Below, piece by piece: positions 48,354 through 56,162 of a stretch of DNA of 64,000 nucleotides (position 1 is its first letter; the number at the start of each line of letters is the position of its first letter). Under the pieces are notes generated by a model. The model saw nothing but the letters and a program-made list of their open reading frames with translations. It searched no databases and had not been told where the DNA came from. The stretch is taken from IMG/VR virus record IMGVR_UViG_3300032893_000004, positions 64,001 to 128,000 of that record; one strand, written 5' to 3'. Source of the DNA: a virus. A program made the translations under genes and the position numbers.

Positions 48354-48949
48354 TTTTCACCGTACTTTAGCCAACGCATCAGCTCTTTTGTCCAGTCTTG
48401 ATCTTCCGCACCGGAGAGGTTAGCTTCGTCGATGGCCGGATCATATTCTCTGGAAGCCATTTCCCGATCGTCGTCGTGCTTCTGCTGATCTTTTTCAACC
48501 ATACCGAGAACTGTATCGTTGATCTTAGCCTTGGGCGAATGGAAGTCCGGCGGCGGATTGGCCGGCACAACCGGTAGGGCCTGCTGAACGTCTGTTTTGC
48601 GAGCTACTTTGATCTCGCCGCGAGTGAAAGCATTGAACAGCGCGTCCTTCTCTTCCTGCGGCAACAGGTGACCGTTGAGGATGACCGTGTGGCCGTCCGA
48701 GGTGATCTCTACCACGTCGCCGTTGTCCATGACGTACCGTAAAAGATTGACGGTGGCCTTGGTCGGCTCCGACATAGTCAGGTGCGACGAATTTCCGACA
48801 ACCTGCTGCATCTTCGGATAACTGTTCTGGAACAACTTAGGCAATTGGCCGTTTGTATTGTCTACGACAAAGTCGAGCGCATCTCCGTCCGTGCGGATCT
48901 CCGCGAGCGGTATTTCGGAATAATCTGATTTGATGACTACGACTTTCAT
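48350..48949 (-). CDS. Hypothetical protein
   Basis: Coupled between the protease and the giant gene. Confidence 0.55.
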   Translation of the reverse strand: MKVVVIKSDYSEIPLAEIRTDGDALDFVVDNTNGQLPKLFQNSYPKMQQVVGNSSHLTMSEPTKATVNLLRYVMDNGDVVEITSDGHTVILNGHLLPQEEKDALFNAFTRGEIKVARKTDVQQALPVVPANPPPDFHSPKAKINDTVLGMVEKDQQKHDDDREMASREYDPAIDEANLSGAEDQDWTKELMRWLKYGEK

Positions 48950-50646
48950 GCTACTCTCTTCGCTCTTTCTTCGGCGTTAACCTTGGTCATATGATTCGCT
49001 GCGTGATCAAACATCTGTCCTATGCTCATGTCAGAACGATCGGCGAGTTTTTGATAATATTTCAATCCAGAAACCGCCGTTTTTATTGTAGCAGGATCGT
49101 GACCTTGATCCAACATCTTTCCGGCAAGAGTTTTAGCGTCTATGCCCTTGAGCCACTTCGCAGCTTCCGGATGAAGCTTATCGTTCCCTTTTTCGGCAGA
49201 AATAAGGTCAGGTTCCGTAAAACCACCGTTCCAACCGAGAAAAGCATCGTCGTGATCTATGCTCATCAGATGACCTTTAGGATGAACCAACAAATTGCCG
49301 TTATGCCGGTCACCTACACCAAGAATATGATTCGCGATAATCAACTTGTGAATGTGGCCATCCTTCTCGTGTTTCCGAAAAGCGTTGGCTAGAACATCTC
49401 CGCTTTGCAAAGGAGTCTTTGCTTCTTTTATGTATTCCATGGCTGATATGGCATTGCCGCCGTGGACGTTCGGATGTGCTACTTTTGTGACAATCGGCAC
49501 ATACTTTCCGAGTCCAAAAACGTCTTTCATGATCTGAAAGTGATTGTGCGCATTCGTGTATTCTTTGTCCGCCATACGATTTCCGACTGGACCTTCCGGC
49601 CTATGCTTAACCAAGACGTCCCGTCCTTGATCGTTACGAAGATGCAGGATTTTCTTTTTCCGACTGGAATGCACAGACTCGGAAGCTGGATCGTAGTAAA
49701 GTCCCTCTACCAGCGACTTCTGGTCATCGTCGGACGACGGATGGGCGTGCTTAGCTCCGATGCGCACCAGCTTTGGAGACGGCATGTTCTTCTTGAGCGC
49801 CAGCTCTTCCGCCAGCTTCTCGAAGTGGCCGATGTAGTCGTCTGACACCTCTGGTAGAGCGCCTTTCAGCACTTCCTTGAGAGGACGCTTGCGGTCCCAG
49901 TCGCGAACAGCGGCCTTCACGCGATTTCTCTGGAATCCGCTGATATGCTCGCGGGTAAGTGCGGCTTGACCGGTCAGCTGGGACGGAGCTACGTTGCCCA
50001 TACCAGCCTCTATGCTCTTCGTGAGACTCTCGACGGCCTTGTGCAGATCCAGTATCGGATCCTTGGGGATGAACATATCATCGAGGATAATTGAATCGAT
50101 TTCGATTAAATGATCGACTCGATCCGACACATCTGAAATATATTTAGCTATTGAGATCGATTTTGGATCTTCAAGTAATCCGGCTATGGCTGCCTTATTG
50201 CACGCGCGTAAGGTGCATGCCACGCGCCTTCCGACAGTTTCTTTTAAGATGTAGTCATCCCGCTCAAGCGTCGCACCCTCAATACTGAAGTTTGTAAGTA
50301 GCCGTTCGCCCTGTTTTGCATAATAACGTATCATTGCGGCGACTGCGACTGCGCCAGGATGATTTACATCATCGTCATCGAACAATTCTGAAATAATATA
50401 AACAAACGGCTTTTTTACTATGTTCCAATAATATCTTTGACGATCATTTTCACAATCTTCTTTTTTAAGAATTTTTCTTGCATAGATAATTGCCCCGATG
50501 ATATCGTCGGATTTATTCGAATGCTCCCAATTTAATACCCCTCGGCCTTCGACGAGATCTGATATGTCGTGGTTGGCAACAACGAGTAACTCACCTGAGC
50601 TGTCGATTGTTTCAACTGTTGCACATCCGTCCAGTTTGAGGCCCAT
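48946..50646 (-). CDS. Prohead (maturation) protease fused to a C-terminal PI3K/HipA-like kinase
   Basis: N-terminal DG.AT.E..DSSGE, LNWEH (His), FSIEG (Ser), VA.T...N; C-terminal LVKH, ILGVGDRHNGNLL, SIDHD. Start ATG 50646 with GGAGG. Confidence 0.75.
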   Translation of the reverse strand: MGLKLDGCATVETIDSSGELLVVANHDISDLVEGRGVLNWEHSNKSDDIIGAIIYARKILKKEDCENDRQRYYWNIVKKPFVYIISELFDDDDVNHPGAVAVAAMIRYYAKQGERLLTNFSIEGATLERDDYILKETVGRRVACTLRACNKAAIAGLLEDPKSISIAKYISDVSDRVDHLIEIDSIILDDMFIPKDPILDLHKAVESLTKSIEAGMGNVAPSQLTGQAALTREHISGFQRNRVKAAVRDWDRKRPLKEVLKGALPEVSDDYIGHFEKLAEELALKKNMPSPKLVRIGAKHAHPSSDDDQKSLVEGLYYDPASESVHSSRKKKILHLRNDQGRDVLVKHRPEGPVGNRMADKEYTNAHNHFQIMKDVFGLGKYVPIVTKVAHPNVHGGNAISAMEYIKEAKTPLQSGDVLANAFRKHEKDGHIHKLIIANHILGVGDRHNGNLLVHPKGHLMSIDHDDAFLGWNGGFTEPDLISAEKGNDKLHPEAAKWLKGIDAKTLAGKMLDQGHDPATIKTAVSGLKYYQKLADRSDMSIGQMFDHAANHMTKVNAEERAKRVA

Positions 50647-51395
50647 TATGCGTACCTCCAAATGTATCCTCTATGCGTTTTTGTGACTCCGCAACAAACA
50701 CCGCGTACCTTCGATGCGCAACATCCAATAGATTCAGTATCTTTAGGGCAGTCCCATACCTTTACTGTCAATCCCGTCAGCGGATCGATCTGCAAAACTT
50801 TTTTGGCTCTTTTTAATTGAAGTTCTCGCTTGAAAATTGGGTCCAGACGCAATTTATTTAGTCTCGCTTCATTCGCTGCGCTAAGAGCTTCGCTGCGATC
50901 ATGGGTCGACCAGTATTTTTCGGCTCCGGCCATGCGATTTTGTTTGCCGGAATCAGACATTTTCCGCAATTGTTCTTTTCCAGCATCTGTGGCTGCCCAC
51001 AGTTTACGTTCTTCTGACTTTTTCGTACGTCGGTCTTTGTCCCAGCTCGCGATTGCGCTGGCAGAAAGTGTCTTTTTCAATTCTGATGTGTATATGCATC
51101 CTTCTTTCCCGCCATGTTTAATGTTGTATCCCGAGGGACGAAGTGAGCCAAAACATACTATAAAATGTCTCTCCATGCGATCCAAGGAAGTCTGATCTAT
51201 ATATGTAATCAACTCTTCCTTTTCAAAAGATTCGCGCCCATATTTTTTTATGGCATTCTTGATTGGCCTAGAAGTATTTTTGGTCGCACAACAATGGTCT
51301 GCCCAACGCTCGGCCATTGAGCGAGTAGTCTGGCCGATATAGATCTTACCGTTCACATTGTTCGTGATTTTGTAAATGATTCCGTATCGTTGCAT
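50646..51395 (-). CDS. GIY-YIG homing endonuclease with NUMOD1-like C-terminus
   Basis: GIIYKITNNVNGKIYIGQT, RW..H, GYN...GG; C-terminal KTHRGYIWRY. Likely start MQRYG at 51395. Confidence 0.9.
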   Translation of the reverse strand: MQRYGIIYKITNNVNGKIYIGQTTRSMAERWADHCCATKNTSRPIKNAIKKYGRESFEKEELITYIDQTSLDRMERHFIVCFGSLRPSGYNIKHGGKEGCIYTSELKKTLSASAIASWDKDRRTKKSEERKLWAATDAGKEQLRKMSDSGKQNRMAGAEKYWSTHDRSEALSAANEARLNKLRLDPIFKRELQLKRAKKVLQIDPLTGLTVKVWDCPKDTESIGCCASKVRGVCCGVTKTHRGYIWRYA

Positions 51396-51401
51396 TCTCG
51401 T

Positions 51402-51412
51402 AAGATTAGGCT
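51402..51412 (-). promoter_or_regulatory. AGCCTAATCTT motif (putative late promoter)
   Basis: Upstream of the GIY-YIG and protease genes; ATG lies 7 nt after TAATCT. Confidence 0.6.
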
Positions 51413-52296
51413 CATCCGTGATTACATCCTGGTCCGTGTTCATGCTCTCTCTCGTGTTCAATATTCATAGCTAAATACTCATCGTAACTCACGAATTCGC
51501 TCTTAACAAGAGGAACTGCATCTGGCACTTCTTCGGCTTTCTTCAGCTTCCAGTAGTCCTTGTGGTAGTCATACCCAAATTCGACGAACTCGATCACGCC
51601 AGCATCGTTGAAGCCGAAGTTCGGCGGGACAAAGCTCATCACGTGTCGGCAGCGCGGGTGAAGCGGCGACTGATGCGGAGTCTTTCCGTCCCATTCTTTG
51701 GGCTTGAAGTATCCCTCCTGGATCTGTGACAACTTGTACGGCTTCGGCTTCCGTATCGCAGCGGAGTCGTGGTACATCGCCTTGCAGTATTTACAAATCT
51801 TGTGGTCGCAGACTCCTAGAAAAACGACGGTCGGATCTTTGACACCGATGTCAGACGCAAGCTTGCCGATACCCTCGCGCGAGGCATATGTCTGCACGAT
51901 GCGCGCTTCGTTCGAGACGAGCAGATCGACGTACTGACCTGCCTTCTCGAAGTGCCCGCGAATAGATCGAATCGCTTCAGATGGGGTCTTCGCTTTAGCC
52001 ACGTCTGCCAGAATGTGGTTCTTGATCTTGAGCTGCTGTGAATCCATGTAATTACTCGTAATATCAGCCAAATTTTCGATATTCTTCTGATCAGGCTTAG
52101 AATGGGCTCCGTACATGGTCTTCAGAGTGAAGTTGTACAGGCCTTCGATCGTATGGAGCGGATCAGCTCGGCGAACGACTTCGAAGTACAGCTTCGGCCC
52201 TTTGAACATCTTGCCTAGCAGCTTAGCCTTCGTTCCTTCGAACAGAGACTCGATCCGCTGGATTATGATGTTCCTCTGGGCGTCGGTGAGCTTCAT
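51412..52296 (-). CDS. MuF/SPP1 gp7-like head morphogenesis protein
   Basis: Follows the portal gene; D.KICKYC...PLHPRCRH. Confidence 0.7.
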   Translation of the reverse strand: MKLTDAQRNIIIQRIESLFEGTKAKLLGKMFKGPKLYFEVVRRADPLHTIEGLYNFTLKTMYGAHSKPDQKNIENLADITSNYMDSQQLKIKNHILADVAKAKTPSEAIRSIRGHFEKAGQYVDLLVSNEARIVQTYASREGIGKLASDIGVKDPTVVFLGVCDHKICKYCKAMYHDSAAIRKPKPYKLSQIQEGYFKPKEWDGKTPHQSPLHPRCRHVMSFVPPNFGFNDAGVIEFVEFGYDYHKDYWKLKKAEEVPDAVPLVKSEFVSYDEYLAMNIEHEREHEHGPGCNHG

Positions 52297-54497
52297 CAGC
52301 TCCCCTTCTTTTTACCGTCTTTGAGGATCCTCGCCATGGCGGCGACCTCTTTCGCAGATTCGCGCTTGAAGTGGGCCATCGTGGAGTCTACCAGCTGCTT
52401 GTGCTGGCGCATCAGGCGACGCGAGATTCTATCGTGGTTATTCTGGATGGTCTTTTCGAGCAGCATGTAGCTATTCGTCGACCACGCCATATTCTTGGCC
52501 GAGATATCCTTCACGATGTCGATCGCTTTTTCGGCTTTAGAAGTCTGCTCAGGCGGCATGCTGCCGCCTCCGGAGTCGCTGCTGTCATCGTCCGACCCGG
52601 AATCCTTGTTGTCCGAGCCAGAATCTTTGTTATCACCTTCGTCGTCCTGGATAGGGTTTCCCTGCGCGTCAGCCGTGATACCTTGCTCGGCCAGTGCCTG
52701 CTGCTGCATCATCTGCTGAGCTTGCATCTGCTGCTGCATCGCTATCTGAGCTTGCTGGAGGATCATCTGCTTGTTCTGGAACCAGAACGGATCGCGGATG
52801 TACTGGTAGCGAGGATCAGACGCAGCGCCTTTCACTTTGAAGAAGTTTTCGAGGATCTGACCAACAGTCAGGTACTTGTCCATGACTGCCTGGAACTGCG
52901 GGTTAAGCGGAAAGTCGCCGCCCATCTCGACCGGAACCGGGTTCTTCTCGACCTGTTCCATGATCTCGTTGTAGTTCATGTGAACGGCCATGTCCTGCTG
53001 CAGACGGGTGTTCTCTTTTTCCGGAGAATCCTTATCCAAACCAGTCAGAACGATCTGATGCGTCTTAGCCAGTTCCGGATCCACGAATGGGAGGATATGG
53101 GTATTCAAAAAGTCTTGGATATCGGATAAGAGCGGACGGAGGCCCACATCGCGGGCAGCCGTAAGCTTCCACTCGTTGTCCGATTCTGAAAGTGCCTGAG
53201 TATTCGTGCCCCGAGCAAGGTGAGCGTAGCCAGGCAATTCTTCCGGCGACATCTGGAAGGCCGAGAGGATCACCCGAGCGTTGTTGTCCATCAGGTACTG
53301 GAATTCTGCGTCGCGGCCGGAGTTATCGATCGCTTCCCAGTTCAGCTTATCCTCGGATCCGATCGCGAAGACGGGCATGCGCCACGAGTTTTGAACGGAG
53401 TTGATCGACTGATGGAATTGGAGGCGAATACGCTGTGCTGCTGCTTCGTCCATGGAGTCGGACTGGAACACGAGCATGCCCTTCGAAGCGCGGCCGTGCT
53501 GGAAGTACAGCTTGTTATGGACAGTGATGTTGATGTGGGTCGTGATCGCGTTGAGCGCCTGATCGATCGGAGTAAGAGGGTAGCCGTTATACTCGATGCC
53601 TGTCGTCGGATAAAGATTGTAGACGACCATCTCTTCTTCGGTGAATGTCTGAACCGGCTTTCCTTCGATGACCTGAACGTAGCGGTACTCGTCCTTCTTG
53701 TACTTCTCGATGTCGATCTTCTTGTTCTTGATCTGCTGCAACTGACGAATAGCTTCTTGGCGAAGCGACTGGTCGTGTTCTTTCTGCGGCAAGATTTTCA
53801 ACATCGTGCCGGCGTCGGAAGCGCGCCATGCGTATAGTTCTCGTTTGCCTGTTTCCGGATTCGTCCACCAGCTACGTTCGCAGGCGAGACGACCGAAGGC
53901 AAGTCCATCGCGGGTCACCAGCTTCAGGAATTGAGACAAGTTGACTTGATCAAGCTCGCCGTCAAGAGTGCCGCGACCGCACTGCCAGAACTTCTTCTTG
54001 GCTGCGTCGATTCTCTCTTGAATCTTGCGCTGATCTTCTTCAGAACGCTTGGCGTTCTTGTCCATGTCTTGAAATTCGAAGCCTACACTGAAGCGGTCCG
54101 TCCTAGGACGACCGAAGGATGATATATGGTTCGAACGAGCTTGAAGAATCTCGTTGACCAACTCGTCGCCGCCCGGCCCGCAGATACGCTTGATGATATG
54201 ATCAGGCGTTAGATTCTGTTTTAGCCGGTAAAATCCGAGAGCACCGGAATAGTTAGCATGCGGGTCAACCTGGAACGACATTCGTTCGAGTTGAGCTGCC
54301 TGCATAGCGTTCTGAGCTTTGATAGACTTAACAATCTCACCGAGAACACCGGTATCAGCTGTAGTCACTTCCTCTTTTTCGTTGGAAAGTTCCCGCGCCG
54401 CCGCGTCAGCTTTAAGAAGCTTCAGAGCGTTCGGATCCAGAGCGACTATCTCTTGCCGTGGGCGATAACGCTTCTTTTTTTCTTCTTCGTTTGCCAT
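52296..54497 (-). CDS. Portal protein
   Basis: FLKLVTRD, GYPLTPID, NKLYF.HG...KG.L, NSWRMPV, RDAEFQ, SAFQMSPEEL, GLRPLL; position after TerL. Confidence 0.88.
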   Translation of the reverse strand: MANEEEKKKRYRPRQEIVALDPNALKLLKADAAARELSNEKEEVTTADTGVLGEIVKSIKAQNAMQAAQLERMSFQVDPHANYSGALGFYRLKQNLTPDHIIKRICGPGGDELVNEILQARSNHISSFGRPRTDRFSVGFEFQDMDKNAKRSEEDQRKIQERIDAAKKKFWQCGRGTLDGELDQVNLSQFLKLVTRDGLAFGRLACERSWWTNPETGKRELYAWRASDAGTMLKILPQKEHDQSLRQEAIRQLQQIKNKKIDIEKYKKDEYRYVQVIEGKPVQTFTEEEMVVYNLYPTTGIEYNGYPLTPIDQALNAITTHINITVHNKLYFQHGRASKGMLVFQSDSMDEAAAQRIRLQFHQSINSVQNSWRMPVFAIGSEDKLNWEAIDNSGRDAEFQYLMDNNARVILSAFQMSPEELPGYAHLARGTNTQALSESDNEWKLTAARDVGLRPLLSDIQDFLNTHILPFVDPELAKTHQIVLTGLDKDSPEKENTRLQQDMAVHMNYNEIMEQVEKNPVPVEMGGDFPLNPQFQAVMDKYLTVGQILENFFKVKGAASDPRYQYIRDPFWFQNKQMILQQAQIAMQQQMQAQQMMQQQALAEQGITADAQGNPIQDDEGDNKDSGSDNKDSGSDDDSSDSGGGSMPPEQTSKAEKAIDIVKDISAKNMAWSTNSYMLLEKTIQNNHDRISRRLMRQHKQLVDSTMAHFKRESAKEVAAMARILKDGKKKGS

Positions 54498-54500
54498 TCA

Positions 54501-56129
54501 TCACTCAACCGTGAAAAATTTTACGTGTGCCTGATTTACCGAATCGTTGACGACCGTGCAACTGTACGTTTCCCCAATCTTATTGAGAAATCCTCTAAGA
54601 TTGCGGGACCCCGGCTTGATCGGGGTGATCATGTTCAACATATCGACCTGGCCGTTGAACTGGACCGCACAAGGCTGATCGACTTCGACGTAGACCATTC
54701 GCTTGACGCCGGTGTAGAACGTGATAGTTCCTGGCGTGAACGTCTTGCCGTCTTCTTGCGGAATCGGTTGCGTCGAGCAGAACGAGATGAAGTTCGGCGT
54801 CGACTCCACCACTGTATACGTCCTCTGGGTCACTTCGCTGAACGTTCCGGTCACCTGGAACTGCATGCCTGGCATCACCATATCGTTCGCGAAGAACATC
54901 ACGTCGTTGGCGGTTGGACCCGGCGGATTCTCTTGCGTGGCCGTGAACGGTGTGCCAGCTGGTCGGATGCATTGAACTGTATTTCCGGAAATCCCGATAA
55001 CGATCCAAGTACCTGAATTTATTGCATTAAACGCATACGGAGGCGTGTCATAACCATTTTGACCGTTGATCCGCATGATATCGCCTATCTGAACGGCGGT
55101 GATATTCGGCAGTGAAACGTTGGCTGGCGAAACTGTAAAGGTGTACGTAGAGCCGGAAGCAGACACCGCCGAGAAGATGATCAGCGGATCGCCGACTCCG
55201 GACACTTGCGTTAGCACTCCAGCTGGAGTGTAATTCGTGAACGTGATAGTTGCATCGCCGGTACCGGACACTAAGGTGAGTTGACCGGTGAACGTGAATG
55301 CTGAATATGTGATCGTTGCGTCGCCGCTGCCGGACACGAGAGTGAGCATCCCGGAGGCAGTAGGCTGAGTCGTACCGGTGGCGGTCAACGTTGTGCCGCC
55401 TGCGATAGTGGTAGTTGCCACGAACTGAGCCAATCCTTGAGCGTATACTGCTCCGGCAGTAGCGTTGGCCGGACTGCAAGTGATACTGTAGGTGACTTCA
55501 GGCGCTGTGCCGGGCTGCGTCGTGATCAGAATTGTTCCGGCGACGATCGTTTCAACAACAGGATAGTCGACCGAATTGTTCGAGTAGACCGCTCCAGCGG
55601 TTGCGTTGGCGGAAGAAACTGCCCAAGAATACGCATTCAAAGCGGGCGCGCCGGTACCGACGGCAACCAAAATTGTACCGCCAGTGAGGGGAGCCGTTGC
55701 CTCAAAATTTTCGTTATTATTCGAATAGTTAGCTCCGCCAAATGCGAACGAAGCAACCGCGTTGTTGTTGATCGTGACGGTGCATCCCGCAAGATCGGAT
55801 ACAGTCCGACCGGTTCGAAAATTGTTTGTCGTGCCGGATTCAACATTCAGATGATAGTTCGAGTTCGGCGGGCTCTGCGGGTCCATCCCGATAATAGAGC
55901 TTCCGGTAAGACCAGACGCTACGACCGTCGAAAAGAGAGAGAACGATTGACCAGGTCCGATCATGATCTCGTTGCCGTACGGATTCTTACACCCGATCGC
56001 TTCCAATCGCAGTCGATAATCGAAGTTTCTTTGGTGAGGGTTGTCGGTCTGTACGCCGTCTGAATAGCACAGTAACGATGTGATAATACTCAGAATATTT
56101 TCAGAACAATCATCCGAATTCTGGTGCAT
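54501..56129 (-). CDS. Virion structural protein with a nested repeat insertion
   Basis: Beta-rich protein between TerL and the portal; internal SANATAGAVY and LTLVSG.GDATIT repeats. Confidence 0.55.
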   Translation of the reverse strand: MHQNSDDCSENILSIITSLLCYSDGVQTDNPHQRNFDYRLRLEAIGCKNPYGNEIMIGPGQSFSLFSTVVASGLTGSSIIGMDPQSPPNSNYHLNVESGTTNNFRTGRTVSDLAGCTVTINNNAVASFAFGGANYSNNNENFEATAPLTGGTILVAVGTGAPALNAYSWAVSSANATAGAVYSNNSVDYPVVETIVAGTILITTQPGTAPEVTYSITCSPANATAGAVYAQGLAQFVATTTIAGGTTLTATGTTQPTASGMLTLVSGSGDATITYSAFTFTGQLTLVSGTGDATITFTNYTPAGVLTQVSGVGDPLIIFSAVSASGSTYTFTVSPANVSLPNITAVQIGDIMRINGQNGYDTPPYAFNAINSGTWIVIGISGNTVQCIRPAGTPFTATQENPPGPTANDVMFFANDMVMPGMQFQVTGTFSEVTQRTYTVVESTPNFISFCSTQPIPQEDGKTFTPGTITFYTGVKRMVYVEVDQPCAVQFNGQVDMLNMITPIKPGSRNLRGFLNKIGETYSCTVVNDSVNQAHVKFFTVE

Positions 56130-56151
56130 ATTTACTCCATCTCGTGGCTTG

Positions 56152-56162
56152 AAGATTAGGCT
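56152..56162 (-). promoter_or_regulatory. AGCCTAATCTT motif (putative late promoter)
   Basis: Immediately after the terL stop codon, before the portal operon. Confidence 0.6.

Noticed and set aside
50646-51395. Group I intron around the GIY-YIG (or HNH) gene
   Set aside because: The flanking genes are complete and there is no non-coding space for a ribozyme core.
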